Shown here: piece after piece, positions 49,518-59,100 of the stretch
Layout of the letters: each line of letters opens with the position of its first letter
Position numbering within the stretch: the first letter of the stretch is position 1
Source of the DNA: Mytilus californianus
Lineage: Eukaryota
Length of the DNA stretch: 64,000 nt
Direction of reading: 5' to 3'
Assembly (NCBI RefSeq): GCF_021869535.1
Contig: NW_026262690.1
Location: 91,326,001-91,390,000, forward strand
Notes under the pieces: generated by a model
The model's input: the letters and a program-made list of their open reading frames with translations, nothing else
Database searches by the model: none
Told to the model about the DNA's origin: nothing
Made by a program: the position numbers and the translations under genes

Positions 49518-52500
49518 GAGGGGGTGACACAGGAGTGTTCATTTCCCAAATCCTTCTTTTTTGGGGAAATTTTTCCCACTTCCCAAATTTATAGACCATT
49601 CTTCCCACTTCCCACTTTTTTCCAATTCTCCCAAATCCCAGATTTTGGGTTTCCGTAATGCCCTATTTGGAGCCATCCAGAGCTGTCTTTTTTCTTGTTT
49701 GTTCTTCAGTATGTACAGAACTTATGAATAAACACATATTTGCCTTACCTATACTTTAATGGTCCAGATTCTTACTACAACCTCAAGAACAATGTCATTT
49801 AAGGCTTTTGTGAACAAAATAATAGGAAAAAAAATACCAAAGGTGATAAAGCACTCCTAGATGACTCTGAAAATAAATGCCTTCAACGCTTAAAGCAACT
49901 CCCGTTTAGTTAACAGAACACAAAACTTAACTGAACACAAAACCAACAGAACACAAAACCCAAAGCAGGGAATCTTTATATCAGACACAAAGTGTGATAC
50001 AATTGATGAACAATTGTTAATTGATGAACAAGAATTACTGGTGTACAAGCATGACCAAAAATGATTCCAATTGGTACGTTGATATTACTGTCTGTTGAAG
50101 TATGGAATTTAATCAACAATAAAAACATAGAAAATGCCACCTAAATATATGCAAAACCATGGAACAAACACCTTTTAGATCGGACGAAGTTTGTGAATTC
50201 TCCAGGAAACCCCTCTGTTTGTAACACTATAATTACTGTATGACAATTAGCATAGACCATATGGTGAAGGAACTATCTCTGAATGCGAAGCTAAATTTGA
50301 ATTCAAATGAAACACTGTTAGTTTTTCTAAAATTCTTTACGAGGAACTTATTGACTGTTATTGGAAAACCCCTGTACAAAAAAAAGCAGTAAATTCAAAC
50401 ACGATGAAGACAACAACACAGATATGGAGATATAACAATCTTCCGGGACAAGATAATATATAAAGTGATCTGAAATTGCTAATAATAAATTTAAAAAAGC
50501 ATTATTTGATGATCATTGATTATTTTTATAAGCAAAATAGTCTTTTAAATAACTTGGTGTCCGTTTTTGTCGTGTCCCGGAAGATTGTGTTATCCCCATA
50601 ACTGCGTTGATGTATTCATCCTGTTCGTCCCACTGCTGTTTTTGTCTTGGGGGTTTTCAATAAGTTCCTCGTAAAGAAGTTCAGATATACTTATTTGATT
50701 TGATTTAACATTTATCTGTGAATTCAGATATAGTTCCTTCACCGCATGGTCTATGCTAATTTTCATAACGTCAATAGTTTTACAAATGAAGGGGTTTCCT
50801 GGAGAATTTACAAACATATCCCCACGTACATCGTCCGATCCAACAGGTGTTTATATGATTAAGTCGCATATCCTTCTTTCTTTTTTATTGTTAACAGACA
50901 GAAGTAACAATTTTCCAGTTGCAAACATTATAAGTGTGGCTTGTTCACCAGTTTATTTTCATCAATCAACAATTTTTGAAAGTCAATTGTATCAACACTT
51001 TGTGTCTCTTTCTGATATGCATACAATGGAAGTGTTCCTGCATTGAAATTGGTGTTCTGTTGTCTAATAGAGAGTTTTTTTACGCTTTGTAGATATTTCG
51101 TCCTATAATCATCCAAGAGTGTTCTATCAGCTTGAGTGATTTTAATTTCTTTGATTTTTGGCATTTTCACAACTGCCTTAAAAGGCACCAATCCTTCAGG
51201 GTGTTCTTAGTAAGAATCTGGATTAGTGAAGTATAGTTATGGCAAAGATGTGGTTTTTCCATAAGTTCTTTACACACTGAAGAGAACGAAACAGCAAATT
51301 CAAGTGTCTGTGGAGTAACGACTCTGTCTCGCATCAAGCAAAAAAAGTGTTCAACCATCTTTGTTGATATAACTTCATGCTTAATTTCAGGAACAATAAC
51401 GGGATAGTCTTCAATTAAGAACTGTAAGCAACCAAGAAGCATTTTAATGTTATCCTGAAGCACTCTCGAGACACAGCATTGTGGTCCCTAAACAAGCTTA
51501 TATGATGCCTTAACGTGTTGTGATGCTTTAGAAAAGTAATCATCAACATTCTTCAATTTATTCAAACTTTCAGTCAATGTACATCCCACTTCTATATGCA
51601 CCTTAAAACAGTCATATAAATCACCAACTGCAGTTAGAAACTTAACCATACCCTTTGTTGGTGGATTTGGTACATTCGTGTGACGCACAGTTCATAATTC
51701 TATTGAGCTGTATTTGTGTTCTGTTGTAAATCAATTTTACATGTTCGTTGTTATTCTGTGGTTTACATGTTGAAACGGACTATCATGTTATTTATTTATG
51801 TATTTCTCTGTCCTGAATGTTCTAGTATTTATTTGTACTTCATTCCTGTCACGTAATGTTGTCATTTTAGCGGTATTTTTAACATTGCTATATAAGCGGG
51901 AGGTTTGGCTAGCCATAAAACCACATTCAACTCACCATTTTTTTCTTGAAATGTCCTGTACCAAGTCAGGAATATGGCAATTGTTATCACATAGTCCGTT
52001 TTTATGTATGTTGGCGTTTGTTTTTGTAGCAGTTCAGTGTTTCTGTTGTTCCGTTTTGTTTCCTCTTATAGTCGATGTGTTTCCCTCAGTTTTGGTTTGT
52101 GACCCGGATTTGTTTCAGTTAAATAGATTTATGACTATTGAACAGCGGTATACTACTATTGCCTTTATTTACCATAAATAAAACTGATGATTCACCAGAA
52201 CCACAAATATACAATGTTTTACCTTCTGCAGCAATACCTGATGGTTGGGTAAAGGATGATGCCAAACAGGGTCCATATATCCGATCAGTTTGACCAGATC
52301 CTGCAACCATAGAAATTTCCCTTTTTTCATCAATACATTTTACTTGCCTGGACTTTGTATCAATAAAATGTATGCGGCCTTGTCGAAGTGAAATGGAATG
52401 TGGACTACATGTGTCTGATTTGATAACAATGACATCGGTTTCAAAAGTCTGCAAGTTGATGCTAGATATCCCTCCATTTCTACCAATGTCAACGTATACC

Positions 52501-52750
52501 AGAATATCCTCGTGTAACATCATGCTGCTGACTATTACTGGTGTATCACGTTTCAGAGTGATTTCCCTGTGTAAAGTTCCCCCTAACTTATTTGGTCCAA
52601 CAGTAAAAGTAACTAAAAAATAGCCTCTTTTTTTCCCTTTTTTGTGGTTTTTTTCCCACATCCCACTTCCTTCTTTTTTTTCCTTCTTTTTTCCCAGATC
52701 CCACTTTTTTTACCCCCTATATCCCACATCCCAAAAGTATGTCACCCCTC
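49518..52750 (-). mobile_element. Internally deleted TIR DNA transposon with 6-bp TSD, carrying NHL-repeat / P-like transposase remnants
   Basis: TIR GAGGGG(G)TGACA / TGTCACCCCTC; TSD TCATTT at 49512-17 and 52751-56; TCCCA-motif arrays under both ends; decayed ORF pieces at 52661-52171, 51662-50590 (-). Confidence 0.8.
51663..52170 (+). mobile_element. 3' fragment of a PLE-like retroelement inserted in the transposon ORF
   Basis: Removing it restores ...VLFMV|PTKGMVKF...; contains the cctgtaccaagtcagga block shared with other PLE 3' ends. Confidence 0.7.
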
Positions 52751-54173
52751 TCATTTATCCAGAAGGCAACTAAATCATAAAAACAAAAGTTTCCTCATGA
52801 ATCACTTTGCGATAAGGTAAACAAGAGGCTCATGAGAGCCTGATATCGCTCACCTATAATTTCAGTTTCAGGCATTTGACTTATTTGTAGATCTTACTTT
52901 GCTGAACAATTTTGTCATTTACACTTTCTCTCTTTCTATAATAATATTTAAGATAATACATAACCCAAAACTATAAAATTTCCCAAAATATAACTATTTC
53001 TGGACAGTAACCCAACAATAAGTTGTCCTACTGGTTTGAAGATTACTTGACAGGTAGATCTAAACTTGTTTAACACTTTCACCTATGTTAGTTTTGCTCT
53101 TACTGCTTTAGTTTTTGAGACGAAAGCCAAAAATTTCATTTGACCCCTATGTTCTATTTTTAGAAACTGCCGCCATAATTTTGAATGGATCGAATCCCCG
53201 AATACAATCTATATACTAGATACCCTGAGGAACATTCAATTAAAGTTTTTAAATATTTTGCCCAGTAGTTTCAGAGAAGAGGATTTTTTAAAATGTAATT
53301 AGACTTTCACAAAAAGTGTTAAAAAAAAACGTTTTAAAGGCAATAACTCCTTAATTGACTATTTTGATCATGTTGACTTATTTGTAGATCTTGCTTAGCT
53401 GAACATTTATTGTCATTTATACTTTCTCTCTATCTATTATAACATTAAAGAAAATAACCAAAAACAGTAAAATTTAATAAAAATAAACTATTTCCAACAG
53501 TAACCCAACAATGGGTAGTCAAACTTGTCTGAAACAGATAGATCATGACCCATTTATCACTTTAACTCCCTTTCACTTTTGCTCTAACTGCTGCAGTTTT
53601 TTTTAGATATAGCCATTGTATATTGTTGATGGATCAAAACTTCGGATACAATTCACAAACTAGATACCCTAAGGAACATTCAGTTAAAGTTTGGAAGCAT
53701 TTGGCCAAGTAGTTTCAGAGAAGAAGATTTTTGAAAAAGTAATAGAATTGCACGAAAAAATGTGAAATATAAACTATTTTGATCATTTGACTTATTTGTA
53801 GATCCTACTTAGCTGAACATTTTTGCCATTTACACTTTTTCTCTATCTATAATAATATTAAAGATAATAACCAAAAACAGTAAAATTTCAGAAAAATAAA
53901 CTATTTCGGACAGTAACCCTACAATGTGTAGTCCAATTGGTCTGAAAATGTAATTCCTTGTCTCTTTTGCTCTAAGTGCTATAGTTTTTGAGATAAAAGC
54001 CAAAATTGCATTCGACCCCATGTTCTATTTTTAGCCATGGCGGCCATGTTTGTTAATGGATTAAAACTTTGGATACAATTTATAAACCAGTTACCCTAAG
54101 GAACATTCAGTTAAAGTTTAGAAGTATTAGGCCTAGTAGTTTCAGAGGAGAAGATTTTTAAATGTTAGCAAAC

Positions 54174-55979
54174 ATGTCCTTACAGGAGACCTCAACATCG
54201 TCGAAGACCGTGAGGTCATAACTTTTCTTAAGAGAGGACCGAAATATCGTCCTCCATCTAAAATAGATTGGAAACAGTGTCGTCAGGTCATTAAAGACGC
54301 TCTGTCTGTCTACTGTAAACATTGGTGTAAACGTGAAAAATCTGATAAAAAATCTCTAGACAGTTACCGGTATTTGAATAAAATTATAAATACTGTTAAT
54401 ATTCGTATATCTCATTTTGAAAACAATTCTGAAATTAGTAATAGGGTCTATGATATTCCCATTTCTAGAATAAAAAATAAACTCCAAGTACTCGCAAAGC
54501 GGTTTGTGTTCGTACCGGCAGACAAAGCAGCAAATAATGTAGTGGTGGTGTGACGCAGATACTACATGGAAGTTCTCCAAAACGAAATTACAAATTCATC
54601 TACATTCAGGTCCGTACGCTCCACAGAGAGTCAAATTGTAAACAAGCATATCACTGCCACTACCCAGCTTAAAGCCTCTTCCGAACATTTGAAAGTCCCT
54701 ACTATGTACTGGTTACCTAAATTGCACAAAAAAAACATTTAAATTCCGTTTCATCTCCGCATCTGGTAAGTGTTCTACTACCAATCTATCAGTGCTTCTA
54801 ACTACCTCCCTTGCTACTATCAAAGAACTTGTTATTAACTTTTGTAATAAAGCTTATGAAAATAATGGTATTAATTATTTTTGGAGTGTTAAAAATTCTT
54901 TAGAGGTTTAAGATAAAATACATGCTTTTGATGGTCCTTTTAATTCTGTTGACAGTTATGATTTTTCTACTCTCTATACTACACTTCCACACAATCTTAT
55001 CAAAAAAAAGTTTTAATATTTGATTAAGTGGACTTTTGAAAAATCTCATTACTAATTTATTTGCTGTAACTCGTTTAAAGCCTTTTTCTATAACGAAAAA
55101 AGGAAAGTATGCTAGATACACTTACTGGAAATGTGAAGATATGATTGAAGCTTTAAATTTTCTCCTGGACAACATATATGTACGTTTCGGCGATAAAGTG
55201 TATCGACAAGTAGTAGGTATTCCTATGGGCACTAACTGTGCCCCTTTAATAGCAGATTTATTCATGTATTGCTATGAATCTCAGTTTATGACCAAACTCA
55301 GTAAAGACACGTCATTGTTACATTTGGTTGATACATTCAACAATACCTTCCGTTATCTAGAGTTAAATAATCCAGAGTTCTCTAAATATACTACCGAAAT
55401 TTACCCAAAAGAACTAACTTTTACTAAATCTAACATAAACCTTTTCGCGATTTGGACATTTCAATCTCTAAAGGAAAACGCCATACAAAAATTTACGACA
55501 AAAGAGACGACTTTTCATTCCCTATTGTTAATTTTCCTTTTTTAGACGGCGATGTTCCTTTGGCTCCATCCTACGTTGTTTATATATCCCAACTCGTTCG
55601 TTATGCCCGTGTGTGTAGTGATGTCATAGATTTTAACGAACGTCATCAATACATCACTGGTAAATTATTAAGTCAGGGATTTCGTTACCATAAATTACGT
55701 AAAACTTTTACTAAATTCTTTCATAGATACAAAGATTTGATTAGTAAATTTGGCTGCACCTGTAGAAAACTGATTAAAAACGGTATTTCACATCCTAAAT
55801 TTTACGGTAATATTGTACTTAAAGCGCGGAAATCACTATGTGATCCGTGTAAACTCATCGAACCTTTAAACAAACTTATAAGTAAAGGTTATCTTACCAA
55901 TGTTGTAATTAGATCTTTGAATATAGTTTACATTGTCAGTAATATCGATTTTGTCATCAGCAAATTAAAACATAACTAA
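54174..55979 (+). pseudogene. Disrupted PLE reverse transcriptase ORF
   Basis: Frameshifts near 54730, 55100 and 55445, several TAA stops, and loss of the YxDD aspartates. Confidence 0.9.
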
Positions 55980-56100
55980 ATTTGTATTCTTTTCAAACGG
56001 GATGTATAAAGACACACCCACGTTCATTTTGATCTATAAAGAGGTTGACTCCTAACTATCCTACTGCCTGTCGATACATTAATTTTTGGCATTGCACAAG

Positions 56101-56183
56101 TCATGTCTTCTTTGACTGACCATGACGTTAAAATACTAAATCCCTGGGATGTGTTTTAGTTGATTTTAGTCTCTGATGCATGA
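56101..56183 (+). other. SECIS element (eukaryotic, type II-like) in the retroelement 3' UTR
   Basis: ATGAC 56122-26; 10-bp helix GTTAAAATAC/GTGTTTTAGT; AAA 56138-40; apical mini-stem ATCC-CTG-GGAT; TGAT 56161-64; outer helix GACTGA/TTAGTC and TCATG/CATGA. Confidence 0.82.
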
Positions 56184-59100
56184 TTTTTTTTATTATTAAT
56201 GGTTTTTGGCTGTCAGTAACTGCGAGTACTCTCAAATCGTACTTTCTTGTTTATTTGACCTGTTGATACTAATTGCAATACTTTTTTGTTATTTAATGTT
56301 ATTCAGGGTTATATCTGGTCTATATACCTGCTTTGATAAGTGTTTGGTATAACTATAAATTCACTTCTTCGTACTATGAACATCAAAATTATTTATTTTG
56401 TAAAAATATTTTCCTTTCTCCATTTGAACTGTACACGTATACCTAACAACACAATTATTTTCATTTACCTGTGTTTAAAGTAATTGCAAATGGCTGATAT
56501 TTTTGTTCAAGCATATTGTTTTTCTTAAACCGTTTAACATTTCACAGCGGTATAACATGCTACTTTTATTATTCTTCCCTTAGTTTATTTATTTTGTATT
56601 TACATTGTATCATAGATCAAATTTATATGTTCAGTGTATGTTCACTGGTGTTAATATGTCTTTTGATTGATATAAGCCATTTCAATTGATATTTTATAGT
56701 GTGTCTTTCTATGTTGTGATGTTACACTATTGTTTCAGATAAGGGTGAAGGTTTGGTACCATTAAAACGTTTAAACTCGCTGCAATTGTTTGCACCTGTC
56801 CTAAGTCAGGAATCTGATGTTCAGTAGTTGTTGTTTGTTGATGTGGTTCATAAGTGTTTCTCGTTTCTCGTTTTTTATATAGGTTAGACCGTTGGTTTCC
56901 CCGTTTGAATGGTTTTACACTAGTAATTTTTTGGGCCCTTTATAGCTTGCTGTTCGGTGTGAGCCAAGACTCCGTGTTGAAGACCGTACATTGACCTATA
57001 ATGGTTTACTTTTATAAATTTTGACTTGGATGGAGAGTTGTCTCATTGGCACTCATACCACATCTTCTTATATCTATATGATGAACAAATTGTGTAAAAT
57101 TGTCTTTTAAGGGCAAAGGGGTCAATTGACAATTTTGGTCATGTAAACTTTTTTGTCGATCTTACTTTGCTGAACATTTTTGCCGTTTACAGTTTATCTT
57201 TATCTTCAATAATAGTCAAGATAATAACCAAAAACTGCAAAATTTCCTTAAAATTACCAATTTAGTGGCAGCAACTCAACAATATGTTGTTCGGTTCATC
57301 TGAAAATTTCAGGGCTGATAGATCTTGACCTAATGAACATTTTTACCTCTTGTCAGATTTGCTCTAAATGCTTTAGTTTTTGAGATATAAGCCAAAAACT
57401 GCATTTGCCCCCTATGTTCTATTTTTAGCCATGGCGGTCATGTTTGTTGATGGATCAAAACTTCGGATACAATTTATAAACAAGATACCCTAAGGAACAT
57501 TCAGTTAAAGTTTGAAGGTATTTGGCCCAGTAGGAGGAGAAGATTCTTGAAATAGTTTACGACGACGACGACAGACGACGAATGACGACGGACGCCAAGT
57601 GATGGCATAAGCTCATTTGGCCCTCAAAGGGCCAGGTGAGCTTAACAAAGGGTGACGAATTCCTTTAGAAAATTAAAGCTTTGAATCAAAATATAATAAT
57701 AAAATAAATAATTAATGTAATGCGGCTTTTTATTTTAAAGATTGTTTCAGAAATTGGATTTCCATATATTTACAGTATATAAGAACGAGACAGGGAGAGG
57801 TTATTAACGAATGTGACATCACAAGATGAGACTTAGCTCCGAATTCGCACTATAACATATTAAGTAACAAGATGGAATTTACATTTGGAGTATGATCTGC
57901 CTACGCTTTCGGAGCACCTGATATCATCCGCGGACGGGTTTTGGTGGGTTTCGTGTTAATTGCTCAGTCTTTGGTTTTTTTATGTAGTGTTATGTAGACT
58001 GCGAGGTTTTTTTTATTTTTTTTTGTTGTTGTTGTCGATTTTCATGTTTTGCCATGGCGTCGTCAGTTTGTCTTCGACTTATGAATTTGAATGTCCATTT
58101 GATATCTTCTTCCTCACTTTTGTTAACAATAATCTTTAAAGCTTATACAACGCAAGTAATTGCAGAGCAAACACAGACTTTGTTACTTTATTCACAACTT
58201 TGGAGACTCAGTTGATTTAAATATTGGCCAATTTTATGGATACCTGCCTTTAGTTTAAACTTGCATGTTAACCTCTTCGTGGTTTTTTTTCGTGTCGTTA
58301 TGTTGCTTTATATTTTGATATATATTCCGCTTCTTCCTTTTATTCCTATTCAAATGTTTTGGTATAGTAAGAGACCATATTTAATACAGAGAAAGGTTTT
58401 TTTTAACCAGCTATTTCATAGTCATTTGCCTGTTATTTTCTGGTGAAGTAACCAATAATATGTAAATTGCCTATTTGTTTTCGTCGAACACATTGACGCT
58501 GTAATAAGCAGGGTTTTTCAGATTTGATTCTAAAAGACGCCGGGTATCAATATTTGAATATAAAACCTACTAGTATATTAGATTTATAGTACCCTTGAGG
58601 TATTGATACTATCTTTAATGGACTGACATGAGTTTGGCAACTTCATTTAAGAGTGTAATTGACAATTTTAAATCTTGTAAAATTAAAAGTTTAAAACCAT
58701 TCAGCAAGGTCAAACGATCAATTAAAAGTTAATAAACACAAGGGTATTAAAATAATCTTCCTTAAGTAAGTTACAGTCCTTAAATAGGTTGAAACCTGGA
58801 ATTTTAAAGCTCGTTTCAAAATATTTATGTATTTATTTAATCAATTCTAAAATCGCAGTTCAGTTTTATTAAATCTCATTGACATGGCCATTGTATGGTC
58901 AGAATTTGATCGTCACCATCATAGGATTATAAAGTATATATATAAGATATTGGCACAGTTACCTATGATTACCTGGATAGCCTATCTCTCTCTGTAATCA
59001 TGGGACCACCAGGTAAGAGATGTTTTTCTGATTTTGAAATTAAAACAAATTAATCCTTACAAAAAAAAAAACAGGAAGACAAAAATTATAAAAAAAGGTT

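Larger units (their letters stand above)
54174..57077 (+). mobile_element. 5'-truncated, decayed Penelope-like retroelement (Naiad-type: C-terminal RT, no C-terminal GIY-YIG), with in-frame TGA and 3' SECIS
   Basis: Translation across frameshifts gives HVLTGDL, FVPADKAANNVVVV(TGA)RRYY, MYWLPKLHK, FRFISAS, SYDFSTLYT, QVVGIPMGTNCAPLIADLF, FRYL (catalytic DD deleted), DISI, KIYDKRDDFSFPIVNFP. ORF ends TAA at 55979; 1.1-kb 3' region; ATG duplicated at the junctions (54174-76 / 57078-80). Confidence 0.9.
52820..57645 (-). mobile_element. Helentron-associated non-autonomous element (HINE) with about 4 internal repeats of roughly 400-480 bp, interrupted by the Naiad
   Basis: Ends AACAAGAGGCTCATGAGAGCC..GCTCACCT and (CGA)n..TTTGGCCC-TCAAA-GGGCCAGGTGAGCT; the repeat unit resumes exactly across the Naiad insertion (gcaaac|atgatgaac). 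Confidence 0.8.
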
